A stretch of DNA of 64,000 bases, taken from assembly GCA_004431415.1 (NCBI GenBank), contig QPMI01000533.1, positions 248,001 to 312,000 on the forward strand. Direction: 5' to 3'. Made by a program: the position numbers and the translations under genes. Positions 1 to 12,104 of the stretch are shown here, piece by piece (the first letter of the stretch is position 1; every line of letters starts with the position of its first letter). The notes beneath the pieces were generated by a model that did not search any database, was not told the origin of the DNA, and saw only the letters and a list, made by a program, of their open reading frames with translations. Origin of the DNA: Cyanophora paradoxa CCMP329 (taxonomy: Eukaryota; Plantae; Glaucophyta).

Positions 1-2
1 AG

Positions 3-941
3 TGGGCATGGAGTTCAGCATGGGATCCATATTATAATTATGGTTCTTACGTTTATAGTAAAAACTCTGATGACCAAACTTCTACCGCTTGGATAGACTT
101 CGATATTCCAGAAGGATATCACAAAGGAACAGCATTTTTAACTTATTTACCTTGGGTTAGCTCACGACTTTTTGAAATTTGGGGAGTGAATCGACAAGGA
201 AATGAAGTTTTTATTACATCAGTGAATAGTTATCAACCATACGCCACATCGCCTGATGGTAACCACAGTGGTTTAAATAATGTTCCTATACATCTTGGTA
301 ATCGATTTTTGACTATTCGTATTAGACCAAAGATTGGAAGAGTTCACATTATGGGTATAAGTTACATGAAAATTTGGGTAGGAAATAGTTATGGTGGTCA
401 CACCGGCTATATTCATTGGAATAATGTTTATAGTAAACCAAATATATTAACAGGAGCATTGGATGTTTGGTTTAACTCTAATGATGGATATAATCGTATT
501 TATTTCGCGAATAATAACACCACGTATATTAAAGGAAGGGGGGATTATCCAATTAGATTTCGAAATGAATTAGATTCTGATATTTGTTGGATCGATCATA
601 ACGGGCGGATGTGGATAAACAATTATTTAACACAAGGAAGTGACAGAAGATACAAAACAGACATTAAAAAGATAACCGGCGCTCTTTCAGCAATAGAGAA
701 ATTAGAAGGAGTGAGTTTTAAACGAATCGGAAGTGAAAAAGACGGAACGAAATTAGGATTAATTGCACAAGATGTTCAACATGTAATACCAGAAGTCGTT
801 AATGTGAAAAAAGATGATGGCTACTTATCTCTCGAATACACGGGTTTAATTCCAGTTCTCATAGAAGCCGTTAAAGAATTGTCTAAGAAATGCAAGAGTC
901 TACAAGATCAAATAGATCAATGGCGCAGCCAGGCTGCTTAA
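3..941 (+). CDS. Viral fibre/spike protein with C-terminal Peptidase S74 intramolecular chaperone domain (5' truncated by window)
   Basis: Frame open from position 3 (WAWSSAWDPY...); C-terminal SDRRYKTDI...GLIAQDVQHVIPEVV...LEYTGLIPVLIEAVKEL plus coiled coil is the S74 signature. Confidence 0.9.
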   Translation, partial: WAWSSAWDPYYNYGSYVYSKNSDDQTSTAWIDFDIPEGYHKGTAFLTYLPWVSSRLFEIWGVNRQGNEVFITSVNSYQPYATSPDGNHSGLNNVPIHLGNRFLTIRIRPKIGRVHIMGISYMKIWVGNSYGGHTGYIHWNNVYSKPNILTGALDVWFNSNDGYNRIYFANNNTTYIKGRGDYPIRFRNELDSDICWIDHNGRMWINNYLTQGSDRRYKTDIKKITGALSAIEKLEGVSFKRIGSEKDGTKLGLIAQDVQHVIPEVVNVKKDDGYLSLEYTGLIPVLIEAVKELSKKCKSLQDQIDQWRSQAA

Positions 942-972
942 CTGCCGTAATAAAAATGTCACAGTATAATAA

Positions 973-1281
973 ATGGCGACCTATCCACTTGGTGGATCTC
1001 CTTCTACTACTTCTGAGCCTGTCGCTCTTGCTTTTGATACTATCAAACTTGTAGCCGCACTACAAACTGTGGAAAAAACAATCCAGCAAACTAACAAACT
1101 GTCCCCAGTTGTTCATGAATATAAAAACCTCTTGGTTAATGTCCTTGCGCAATCTGCGTATGGAGATCCTGTCAGCAAGTATAATGAGCTTGACTCCAGC
1201 CTGAAAAATATGATGTCGATACTTCAAAACCTGTCAGCTTCTTATCAAGCCCTGGGATCGAATATGATTACTCCGGCCTAA
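973..1281 (+). CDS. Viral hypothetical protein, 102 aa, helical
   Basis: Clean ATG ORF in AT-rich, gene-dense block. Confidence 0.75.
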   Translation: MATYPLGGSPSTTSEPVALAFDTIKLVAALQTVEKTIQQTNKLSPVVHEYKNLLVNVLAQSAYGDPVSKYNELDSSLKNMMSILQNLSASYQALGSNMITPA

Positions 1282-1320
1282 TGTTGGCTGCAATCTTTTT
1301 TTTTCTTGCGTTTCTATTAA

Positions 1321-2169
1321 ATGACCGAGTACAATCGGGTCCAGCTACCAATCTACTCGCTGGGCTCCCCAGCCATCCATATGAGACAGCACGAAGTAAG
1401 CGATGCCGTTGCTGGATTTGAGTCCACTGAGCGTCCAAACTCAACTAATGCATTTGATCAGCGATCAGTTATTCGGTGTAAAGAATTGCGTGCAGATAAA
1501 AACTCTGGAGTTGTCAAAACGACTCGATTACTAGTTACAAATGCCAATTTCTCACAGCCCATAACAGGGGGAGTTGATTCATATAGTGTTGACCTTCGAA
1601 GCATAAACTATGATCAAAACACTGCTGCCCTCACTGTGCGCTCCGGAGGAGCAGCTATTACCGGAGCCTGCCGAGTAAGTGGAGGGCTATCATCATCAAT
1701 TTCCATCAATGATGTACCGGACTTTTCAGTAGAAAATGTCGAAAATCGTAAACGAGTTCGAATGTACGTACCTTGCTGTGACCTCCCCTATGCACAAGCA
1801 CTAGTAGAAGTTGAGATAACAATAGCTAATTCAAGTACACCAAATGGTCTTGATGGTGAGAGGTTGCTTTCAAACAGAGAAATCCCCAAGGCACTTCAAT
1901 CGCTCTGTCAAGATCAAAATGATCAAATAGGTCATGTTTACACGTTCTTTGTACAGGGTCTAGGACACGCAGGACGGGGATACGTAGTTCGTAATATCAA
2001 TACAAGGCATCTTTTCGATTTATATGCTACCGCTATAGGCAGGTATTCTATCCTAATCATCGGCTATCGCTCCGATGTAGCTGCATCAGCGGCTACTAGA
2101 GGGCTGAACGTTGATCCAGCACTGAATAATATGTATGAGGAAGGCAATCCGGAAAATCCTATACCTTAA
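1321..2169 (+). CDS. Viral hypothetical fibre-like protein, paralog of 2198-3031
   Basis: 282 aa ORF; ALTVRSGGAAITGACRVSGG resembles the GALxVxGGxGIxxxLxVGG fibre repeat; N-terminal half aligns with next ORF. Confidence 0.75.
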   Translation: MTEYNRVQLPIYSLGSPAIHMRQHEVSDAVAGFESTERPNSTNAFDQRSVIRCKELRADKNSGVVKTTRLLVTNANFSQPITGGVDSYSVDLRSINYDQNTAALTVRSGGAAITGACRVSGGLSSSISINDVPDFSVENVENRKRVRMYVPCCDLPYAQALVEVEITIANSSTPNGLDGERLLSNREIPKALQSLCQDQNDQIGHVYTFFVQGLGHAGRGYVVRNINTRHLFDLYATAIGRYSILIIGYRSDVAASAATRGLNVDPALNNMYEEGNPENPIP

Positions 2170-2197
2170 ATGAAAGTTTTATCTTCTGTTTTCTAAA

Positions 2198-3031
2198 ATG
2201 GAAGCTGTTGAAAGAATAGTAGTTCCATCGTTGACCCTCGCCGCTCCAGCCAACCACGTCCTGCAGCATGCAGTTTCAGATGATGTGCCCGGCCTACAAT
2301 CAACGGAGCAGCAGCCAACTCTAAACACCTTCCGAGACAATCACATTCTACGTTTAGGAGAGGTTCGATGTGACAAAAATAATGGCACTATTAAAACGAC
2401 TAATCTCCTTGTAACTAATGCTAATTTTAATGCGCATTATGGCGATCCTGATAGCTATGACGACGCTAACAAGGTTAATACTTTTACCTACGAATCAAGA
2501 ATAGGAGCTTTGACCTGCAGATTTGGAGGTGCTTATATAGGAGACGGCCTGAGAGTGGGCGGAGCTGCTTGTGCCCCTATATTTGTTAATGATCAACCCA
2601 ACCCTGAAAACGTAAATGAAAGAATTCGAACCTATGTGCCTTCTATGAATTCGCCTTATATCATCAAAGTCTTCACGCTAAACATAAATGAGCAAACATC
2701 GATCGTAGATAACGTTCAGCCACTCGGAAATCATTTCAAGAGTGTTGTTGATATTCCCCCGGATATCTACTTCCTTTGTAGGAGAAACGATGCTCTCCGG
2801 CCAAACATAGCTGTTTTAATTAATCCTATTGACAATTTCGGTGTCGCTTTCCATTCTACTCCAGTGGGGGTTGAAGATTACCAGTTTATTGTGAGGGCTA
2901 CGCTCATGGGGGCCTACAAAATTATTCTATTTGCCGAAAGAACAGATGCAATTGCAAATGGTGTCAAGTACGGGGAAACGTTCAATTCGAATCGTTATTT
3001 CCCAATTGGTGGGGCTGATCCTAATCCTTAG
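2198..3031 (+). CDS. Viral hypothetical fibre-like protein, paralog of 1321-2169
   Basis: 277 aa ORF; shared motifs QHxVSD, DKNxGxxKTTxLLVTNANF, and GALTCRFGGAYIGDGLRVGG. Confidence 0.75.
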   Translation: MEAVERIVVPSLTLAAPANHVLQHAVSDDVPGLQSTEQQPTLNTFRDNHILRLGEVRCDKNNGTIKTTNLLVTNANFNAHYGDPDSYDDANKVNTFTYESRIGALTCRFGGAYIGDGLRVGGAACAPIFVNDQPNPENVNERIRTYVPSMNSPYIIKVFTLNINEQTSIVDNVQPLGNHFKSVVDIPPDIYFLCRRNDALRPNIAVLINPIDNFGVAFHSTPVGVEDYQFIVRATLMGAYKIILFAERTDAIANGVKYGETFNSNRYFPIGGADPNP

Positions 3032-3064
3032 AATCTCTGTTTTTATATATACGACCCTTTGTAG

Positions 3065-3409
3065 ATGGATTTGCTCCGTAAATGCATGGAGATGTTTCAT
3101 CTCAATGTCACCAGCAAATTGAAATGCAGCTGCTGCGAGACAACTATCAACCTCGAAATATCTGACACTGAGGGCTCGCGCACCCCTGATACTCAGCTAT
3201 CGCCTATTAACACACCCGAGACTTCTAGGTCCAATTCTCCTTTTACGCGATCGGATTCACCTGTACCTTGGCTTGATTCTGATAACCGAAGATCGTCTTG
3301 GCCACCCCCAAATATCCCGAAGCCACTGAAAAGAAAGAAGTCCTTGCTATCAAGTTTCAGAAAGGAGAAGACTCCAGTTTCGGAAAAGCAGCCAGATCAA
3401 GTGGAATGA
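3065..3409 (+). CDS. Viral hypothetical Ser/Pro-rich protein with basic NLS-like motif
   Basis: 114 aa ATG ORF; CSCC near N-terminus, KPLKRKK near C-terminus. Confidence 0.6.
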   Translation: MDLLRKCMEMFHLNVTSKLKCSCCETTINLEISDTEGSRTPDTQLSPINTPETSRSNSPFTRSDSPVPWLDSDNRRSSWPPPNIPKPLKRKKSLLSSFRKEKTPVSEKQPDQVE

Positions 3410-3451
3410 GGCCGCACCAGACCGCTAAAAGGGGCCCGTTTCTTACCGAAG

Positions 3452-3632
3452 TCACGCCTATAGATTTTGCTGAACGCGTTTCCTCAGCTAGCTCGATGCA
3501 CACATTTATTTCGTCTAGCTTTACCTTGACGCTCTTTCCTCGTTTAGCTTCTCTGTACTCGCCCTCACGCCTATAGTTAATGCTGAACGCGTTTCCTCAG
3601 TTAGCTCAATGCACACATTAATATCGTCTAGC
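3452..3632 (+). repeat. Two 68-bp imperfect direct repeats (3452-3519, 3565-3632) in the subterminal non-coding region
   Basis: TCACGCCTATAG....TGCTGAACGCGTTTCCTCAG.TAGCTC.ATGCACACATT...TCGTCTAGC present twice. Confidence 0.9.
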
Positions 3633-4545
3633 CTATTCTGCTACGTTGCTCTACAGACCGCGCGCATGGGGGGCAGCGCTCCTCTTCGCCTATTCTAGTT
3701 GTCAGCTCTGTCCTGAATAGTCGTTAGATATTTCTTTGTTAAGACTCCGGCCCGAGTCTGGTAGACCTGGGAATTAGGGGCTCGTAGACGTACAAGGTGA
3801 ATTAACTGAAGATGGGGTGGAGGTATACACTGGAAACGCATGGAATCGGGGGCAATGGAGCGAAGCGGAATTGCCCGGTCGTGAGGTCCATGCGTATACA
3901 ACAGGCCAGCCCGGCCTGCAGGCATGCGCAGTGCGGCCGGGCCAGTGCCTGGCACCGTACGCGTGCGTAGTGCACGTGGCACGACGCCGCGCGTTCATCC
4001 TTATTACTAGGCTAATAATTGTTTCCGAATCGCACGCGCATACATATGCGCAGCGAGCACCGTGCGGCTTGCCAGGTTGGCCCGTGGCGGGTTCATCATG
4101 GCACGCCGCCTAGAGCCTCGGAGCTAATCATCATGTTATAAGCTAAGGCCCGCGGGCGCCTTCCGAAGAAAAAAGTTCATTTTGCAGATTTGTTCTAGAT
4201 CTACGGTACGCATACTATGATATGCATGCGCATACGTTCCAGCTTGCAAATCAGTGCGTGCATGCTCATGATCACTCACTGCTGAGCAATCGTACTCTTG
4301 CAGGCGGTTGAGCAGCGCTATAGCTAGCTATAGCGTTACTCGCGTGCACTGAGCCACCTAGGCCTGCGACCGCCGGCGCGGGCTGCAGCACGTGCTACGC
4401 GTACGGTGCCACGGTGCGCGATCGTGAGCGGGCGCGGGCCGGGCCGGGCGGGGCCGGCGGCGCGCGCGCGCGTGAACATCGTATTGCAGCGCGAAATCGA
4501 ATCGAGGCGCGCGTGGCAGCACCCGGGACCAGCGACGTATACGTA

Positions 4546-7500
4546 GGCTCTCATCGCAATGGAGACGTCCTTGGCCGCTGGCTACAAGTGCGCCGGGGGC
4601 TGGGACTGCATCCGCGGACAGGTGCTCGAGCTCGAGTTCGAATTCCCCCGTCCGACGGTCGTGATTAATTTTTATAAGGTTAAGCTTGCGCATGCGCTGC
4701 GCTGCTAATAAATCAGACGTCGACTTCCACGATGGCAATCATGATCAAATACTAATAATGTTCTCAACACGTGCAGGTCGTCACCTCCGCGCCCCTCAAA
4801 TGCTCCGACGGTCCGCCCTCTCCCTTCCCCTAAAGCTACGCACGCGGGCGCCCACTCGAAGATTTAACATGTGATGACAACGTTAACGGTAGCGACGTTG
4901 ACCGCCATGACTTCCAGGCATGCTCTGCCCTGGAGGTCCCGTCGGGAAGGGGGCTTCCATGATGTGGTGTGTCGAGGGGAGCTACTGCCCCTCGTCCGGC
5001 CCCGCCCTTGGCCGCGCCCTCCCCTGCCCAGAGGGCAGCTTCTGCCCCAGCGCCATGAGCGCGCCCATCGCCTGCCCTGTCGGCTCCTCCTGCCCTGAAG
5101 GCTCCCGTGTCTACACGCAATTCCTTTACCTCGCGATCGGTTCGTCGACGTCCGCCGGATCGGCGCCCTCATCAATATATGCGGCTGACCACGCGCCCGG
5201 TACCGGTCCGGATCCGGATCTGCCAGTCGCGCCAGTGATACTGGGCGTCTTCGGCATGCTAGCCTGGACAACCTGCGCTGGACGAGTTCGGCGGCTCGCC
5301 AACCGCCGATCGCGACGCGCCGGTGCCGACGCTGGCAGCGGCCACAAGACCGACGCGGAGGGAAGCCGCTCCCGGCCCGCCCCGCCAATCGCTCCCTTCA
5401 AGGCTTCCGACCGTGCGGCTCTATAGCTAGACCTGCCGCTCCACGTGCACACCCTCCACCGTCCCTTTTTTGACTCCGATCCGGCGCAGCGGAGGGCGGC
5501 TTGAAATCGGGCATAATTTCCACGGAATTCGAAGAGCCCGAGCTGCACATCCGGTTCGAGCGCCTTTCGGTGGCGGTGCGGGAGAAGGGCAAGGAGAAGA
5601 AGGTCATTCTCAAGTCCGTCTCCGGCGTGTTCCGCCCCGGCCAGGCGCGCCCGTGAATTTGATTTTTTAAAATCAAATAGCCGAATTAATTCATGCTGCA
5701 CTGGATTGACTTGGATTAATTTCTATGGCAGGTCACGGCAGTCATGGGATCCTCTGGGGCTGGAAAATCGACCCTGGTGGTTCGCAGAATTACCTTCTCT
5801 CTCTCGTACATATATTTTGTAGCATTAAGATTCCTTTGTGACTCACGGAATTCTGTGCATGCGGCAGAACGTGATCCTGGGAAAACTCCCGCAGTCTTCA
5901 GGCCGCATCCTCGTGAATGGCGCTGAGCAGGTTAATTGCGACGCCCCCGGCCCAATATAAATATCTCCCCCTTCTTGACGCGAGCGCCTTTAATTGATTT
6001 CTGGGATCCCCGCAGGCGATTGCCCGTTACGGCCGCCTCATGGGCTTCGTGCCTCAGGTGAGCGTGCACCCTCGTCGCTTCGAATTCGACGTAAATTCGA
6101 TTTTTAACGCTGCACCCCGCACAGGACGACGTTCTCCTGCGGGCGCTGACGGTCCGCGAGACGCTCGAACACTCGGCGGCCACGCGCCTCCCCGTGGGCA
6201 CCACCCCCGCCGAGCGCGACGCAATCATTGAAAGGTGAGGACGTACACGTACCCCTCCCTGTCCGGCTTCCTCAATAAGCTTGTACCCCTTTTGAATTGC
6301 CGCCGTACCCTTGAGCTCGCAGGGCAATGGATGCCCTGCAGCTCCGCGGTATCGCGTCCCGGTTGGTCGGCGACGAGCTGCGAAAGGGTGCATGCCAATT
6401 TTCCCCTTCCGAGTCTGCTTTCTGTATATATTCGTACCCCCTAATTATAAAATCTCCCTTCCCCTTCGAACTTGCAGGGCTGTCACGGTCAGAGCGGAAG
6501 CGCGTCTCAATCGCCGTCGAGCTGGTCGCCTGTCCCCGAGTCCTCTTCCTCGACGAGGCACGTACCCCGGCTTCCTTATAATCACGCAAGCACAACGCCG
6601 CACCGCCCAGCCCTGAGCATGAAGGCGCCCCGCCGCTCGCAGCCGACGACAGGCCTGGATGCACGATCCTCCCAGGAGCTCGCAAACGCCCTCCGACGGA
6701 TCGCGAGCACGGGCGTGACGGTCGTCGCTGTGCTGCACCAGCCGCGGTTCGAGATCCTCCAGCTCTGCAACGAGGCAAGCGTATTAAATACGGATTCTTT
6801 CCCGTTGCGAGCGCCTTTCTCGAATCCCAGTACAGGTCCTCCTCCTCGGCAAGGGCGGATTCACGGCCTTTCAGGGTACCCCTGAGCGCGCCCTCCGGTA
6901 CTTCCAGGTAGCCCCCCCCCCGCTTTGAAAATTTCCCGGCCCTTCCTACGAATTCAAATCTTAACTCCGTACCCCCAGGAGCTCGGCTACGAGCTGCGGG
7001 AGGGCACGAACCCGGCGGACCTGTTCCTCGACGTGCTCTCCTGCCGCGCGGAGCGCGAGGCGATCGAGGCGCCGGCGCCGGCGGCCCCCGCGCCGTCCGC
7101 TGCGCCTGCCCCCGCCGTCGTGCTCGCGCCCGGAGCTCGGGGGGCCCTCGCTGCTCCGCCGGCGGGTCCGCGGGGCAGCCGCGGCGCTCGCGTGGCGACG
7201 ACCCTCGAGTTCCTTGAGAAGGCGCGCGTCGATCCGCTTTTCATGGTCATAGATCAGAAATATTTCCTATCTCACGTAATCGAACTAATTTGAAGGGTCT
7301 CGTCCTCGCTTCAGGCGGCCCGCGAGAGAGGTGTCATTTCGGAGGATCCGGACCCGCCGGCTCCGGCCGCCGGCGCAGGCGCCCAGGGCGTGCCGCCCCC
7401 GTCGCCGCCTCCCTGCAGCCGACCCGTCGCGGTCGGCCGGGAGTGGTGGGCCCGCACGGTGGTCGGCGAGACCCTTGGCGCGTACCTCAGCCGGCGCCTC

Positions 7501-9746
7501 CTCCGCCGCGGCGCCGGAGCCTCGCCCTCCGTCCGCGTCACTCCGGGATTCTGGCGGCAGCTCCCTCTCTATTTCGCCCGGTGCGAGCTTCAACGAAAGA
7601 ATTGAGTACCATCCGGGCTGGAATTAATATTGAAGCGGGCTCCCAGGAGCCTCCGGGAGACGCTGCACGACCCGACGTACGCGGCGATCGGAGTCGTCTC
7701 CGTCCTCATCGCCGGCGGCTCGATGGCGGCTGGTTTTGACGGCCGCGTGTCCGTTCTTCCCTCCAATCCCGCCACTAGCTTCGAATTTTCTAGGTCTCCT
7801 TCGAATACCCTTTCTGATCATGAAGGGCGGCCCCCACGGTGAACAGGCGGTACCTGCCGCGCCTGCCGGCGGAGGTGGTGGCGGCGTGCCCCCTCGTCGT
7901 GCGCGGCCGCTGCGCAGCCGAGGCGACCCTCGGACAGGTCCCCTACTACCTGGTAACTTCGAATTCTTTCGCATATAATTATGATAAGATAATTAGTTCC
8001 GTTCACTGTTTGAATTTAACCTTTCGTTCGTTAAGGGCTTCTACTTGACAATGATTCTCGGCGCCATCTTCGCTGTGGCGGCTGTACCCACCTTCGGCGA
8101 CGACCGCCGCGTCTACTCCCGCGAGGTCAATTTATAACCCGCCCTTCTTAAGCTTCCCATCTTTTAGCTAATTAATTCCGGGCAGGTGGCGGCAGGCTGC
8201 TCCCCGGCGGCCATCTTCGCCGCGAAGGCCGCCTTCGACGTGCTGAACATCCTCGTTCGCTCCTTCATCTTCTGCGCCTTCTTCGTGCGCACGCGCTTGC
8301 TTCAATTCGAAGTTGTTTAGCGAGACTTCCGATAACGATAAAGGTAGTTGGTGCACGTTGCGGCTAATTTCTTAGAGCACATCCGCGGAATCCGAATTAA
8401 ATTAACATGCATAGAATTTCAAGCCGATCAGTTTAGCTTTCTGCGCCCCAGCTTCGGGCCGTCAGCCAGCTGCATGCTGGATCTTATGGTCCTTAAGCTT
8501 TTCCTCTGACCGCCGGTGCACAACGTGGCGCAGGCCCTTATGATCGGCGCCCCCAGCGGCTTCTGGCGGTGGTTCGGCATCGTGTTTCCCCTCTGCTGGT
8601 GGGTCGACGATCAGAACACAGCGAACATATCCCCAGTTACATAATCTAAATCTCGGACTGTCGAATAAACTGACATCACCCGAAATTCATAGAGGTTCTC
8701 GCGCGGCGCGCGGGCTAATTAAAAGAACTGGCTTGAATACTTTGGCTCTAAATCTCGGGCCGACCTCGAAATTCTCGAGCTTCGGCTCGCTGCTCATTGC
8801 AATCAATATTGCCTCCCAGGTGCGCGTACGGGGTCGGCTACATGGCGTCCTGCCTCGTGCGCCGGGAGCGGGCCTCGATCGTGGCGGCCGTTGCCGGCGT
8901 CGCCTCCGTCGTCACCTCCGGCCTCTCCCCGTCCCTCGCCCAGGTCCGGATCGGATCAAATCGATCTGATCTGATCCGATCCGATCCGATCCGATTCGAT
9001 GGGGTTCGAATATTTAATCGTGCGCAGGTGAAGGATCGGTACGGCCCGATGCAGATCCTCTGGTGGATCTCCTTCAATCGCTGGTCGGCCGAGGGAATGG
9101 TCCGCTGGCGCCCTTTATCTTAAGCTTCTAGCAAGATACTCGCCCCTTTACCCTAAGCTTCTTTATCTTATCTGGTGCCCCTTTACCTTCGAGCAAGATA
9201 TTTAAATTCACATGCAACGAATATTTTAATCTGATTGCGAATCGATATCGGAGCCTGAGGTCCGGCCGGGCCGCGGCGCAGGTGATCCTGTCCGTGTCGG
9301 ATTACGCAGCGCGGGGATTCGATGTCGCTGGGCCCCTCGCCGCACAGGGCTACGACAACGGGAACTACGTGCGCTCCGGTCGCCCTTCCCCGCCTCGGCC
9401 TGCCCATGGCCATCCTCTGCCTAGCGAACTCGAATCTAAAACCGGCGCCCCTCCCCGGCCAGCCCCGCCTCGGCCCGCCCATATGTATCCCCTGCCTAGC
9501 GAATTCGAATTCGAATCTGAAACCCGAGCGCCCTTGACTTCCTTAAAGAAGTGATCCGATTCTAAATCTATCGAAGCTTGCCCGCGACAACGTCTCAAAT
9601 TTCGTTAACGTTTCGACGCGCATTTACATGTATGTATGCCCCCTCAGTACCTGGCGGTGCTGGCGCCCATGCTCCTCGGCCTCTCCCACCGCTTCGTCGC
9701 CTTCGGCCTCCTCCGCCTGGCTGACTACCGCGCCGCCCGTAAATGA
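4546..9746 (+). CDS. Multi-exon half-size ABCG transporter with N-terminal Cys-rich domain (ADP1/ABCG24-28-like architecture); start uncertain
   Basis: Exons encode CPEGSFCP-type repeats, Walker A MGSSGAGKST (~5744), GFVPQ/DD Q-loop, LSRSERKRVSIAVEL, VLFLDE/PTTGLD, LHQPR, NPADLFLD, hydrophobic C-terminal exons; stop at 9744-9746. Confidence 0.9.
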
Positions 9747-10311
9747 AGCCGAAGTCGAAGCGATTTAATTCGACTGGAGACCCGAGCACCGTGGCAAGCT
9801 TCATGTACAAGCTTAAGCAATTCATAGCTAAACGTAACTTCAACGCGCAATTGTACGTATGCTTATACGTATGTATTATAGGAAAATCAAAGCGTGCGCA
9901 TGCGCCAAAAAAACCCGAAGCAATCATCGGATCGGATTTCGAAGCTTGACTCATCGCATAATTAGTGATCAGGACCGGTACGTATACCTCGCGCGCGCCC
10001 GGCCGGCCCGCGGGTCCCGCCGGTGCAGCTGGTGCACGGATACAGGTGCACGGATACAGGACCGGCTTTTATTTCGGCTCGGGAGTTTGCCGCAGTGCGC
10101 ACAAGTCTGTCTTGAATAATATTACAGCTCGAACTTCGGAACGAGGCATGTGAAAACGATCGCGAGCCTCGGAGATCCTGCGATCATAAACGAGCTCGAG
10201 GTGCAGCAACGTTAACTCGAACGAGCAAGCGCGTCAATTGTAAATCAAAGTCGCATTTAGATTTGCTACATGCAGGCTGCAGGCCTAGGCTGCAGCGTGC
10301 GCTCATGATGC

Positions 10312-10440
10312 TTCAAATTTTGCTTTCTAATGATTCATAAAGAAAAGAGGCGTTCAGTTTGTGACGGGAATTGTTTTCAAATTTTGCTTTCTAATGATTC
10401 ATAAAAAAAGAGGCGTTCAGGTTGTGACGGGAATTGTTTT
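10312..10440. repeat. Tandem ~64-bp AT-rich direct repeat, 2 copies
   Basis: TTCAAATTTTGCTTTCTAATGATTCATAAA..AAAGAGGCGTTCAG.TTGTGACGGGAATTGTT twice. Confidence 0.85.
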
Positions 10441-11008
10441 TTCGCCATCCGCAGGAAAAAACAGTTTGCCGGTACCGCCGGCCGGCGCCGGGAAGCCGGC
10501 CCGGCAGGGCGGTACCGGTAGACTCCGCCGTCACTCCGGTAGTCTCGCCGGTAGACTCGCCGGCAGTACGACGTCGCCGCCGACCGGTACCGCGCGCGGC
10601 CGACGTCGACCGGGCCGGAGTCGCCGCCAGACCGGGACTACTCAGTGACTAGGCGCCCGGCTACTAGCTTACTAGACCTGTACCTGGCTACTACTAGCCT
10701 ACTAGTAGTTAAAGTTCACGGCTGCCAGGAAGGCTTAGGAAGCCCGCTCGCTCTCTGCAGCTGCTTCTTTAGCTAGATCCAGATTTCTCAAGCTCATCGA
10801 GGCTCTCACTGTCAAGGCGTCTAAGACAGGTGCTTTAATTTGCTAGCCGCTAGATCTGATGCCATGATGGCTTCCCACGCGCGAATTTCGAACTCGAGGC
10901 CTCTGTCTCGCCTCGCCTAATCGATATCATCATGGCATGAGCATGACCATGAGACTCTGAGACTCGCTGCGCGCAGCCGCATTTCGTGCTCCGTTCGAAC
11001 GCCTCACC

Positions 11009-12104
11009 ATGCCGTATGTGTTCACCAAGAATCCCAACTGCGGGGATCCTAGCTTCGCGGGAATTTTCAACCAGAAGGTGGCCGTTTTCGAAGACCAGCT
11101 CAGCAATGAGTACGAGACGCGGTCAGCCGTCGCGGTGGGCGAGATGCGAATCGGCAACGAAATCGACGGGCTGGCCGAAAGCGCCATGGTCCGTAAGCGT
11201 GCATGCGCGCGCGACGTTTACATATATACGTATACCGCAGCTGCATGCGCAGTGCACGTATACGTACTTAAGCTTAGGCTTCGCCATGGCCAGCCCCCCG
11301 TGCATATATCAAAATTAACATTAGCGCCGCGTTCACGTATGCGTATGCGTACTTACGCTTAATTATACGCTTCGCCAGCCCCCCGGCCGCGTGCATATGC
11401 ATTAATATCGACGTCGACGCCGCGTGCATTTATCAACATTAACGCCGCGCGCGTGCATACGCGTACGTGCACGAGCAGGGGGAGTGCCTGATGTCCCTGT
11501 CGGACTACGTGGAGTGCGTCTGCCAAGGCGACGACCAGTCAAACACGTTCGTGGAGGCCTCGGACGTGGACGCGTGGCTGGACGCGCAGAAGAAGTGCGA
11601 GGACGAGTTCTACTACTACGACGAGTCGGACCCGGACGCGGAGCCGGCCATGTACGCGAAGTGCGCGGGCGACGACGCCCTGATCAGCGCCGCCGTGGCC
11701 CGGGCCGAGGCGGCCTACAACTCCGGGAGCTCCACGAGGCAGCTCGACGCTGAGGCGCAGGAGGCGGCCGAGAACGCCTTTGAGGACGACCTGGCCGTGC
11801 GCTAGCGCTTGCGCCCCCGGCCCGGCCCGCCCCCGCCCGCCCGCGACCGCGATCGCCCTTAATGCGTCCCTGATTTAATTTACTGCGTCTCTGATTTAAT
11901 TTAATTTCGATTTAATGCGCATGCGCATGCCTAGGACCCCCGCTCGTGCACTAGTACCGCGTCCGACGGTCACTGGTTTCGAAGTTCGTCTCATGATCAC
12001 TCACTTCGAATTTGTTCGGTGCGCAGGAGGAGGACTTTGCCGAGGCGTTCGCCGCCTCCGACGCCGAGCTTGCCGCCGCCGACCTCGCGATCGCCTATAG
12101 CTAG
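11009..12104 (+). CDS. Three-exon acidic hypothetical protein
   Basis: Exons ~11009-11188, ~11479-11796, ~12027-12104 with GT-AG boundaries and coding-like GC3 bias; no recognisable domain. Confidence 0.6.

Larger units (their letters stand above)
1..3750 (+). mobile_element. Right-hand part of an AT-rich endogenous dsDNA virus (Polinton-like virus/virophage-like)
   Basis: Abrupt compositional contrast with GC-rich host DNA; five tightly packed, co-oriented intronless ORFs with short AT-rich spacers; fibre/S74 genes; boundary approximate. Confidence 0.75.

Noticed and set aside
3661-3680. GCGCATGGGGGGCAGC resembling an LTR end plus PBS
   Set aside because: Mismatch to the PBS and no LTR partner in the window
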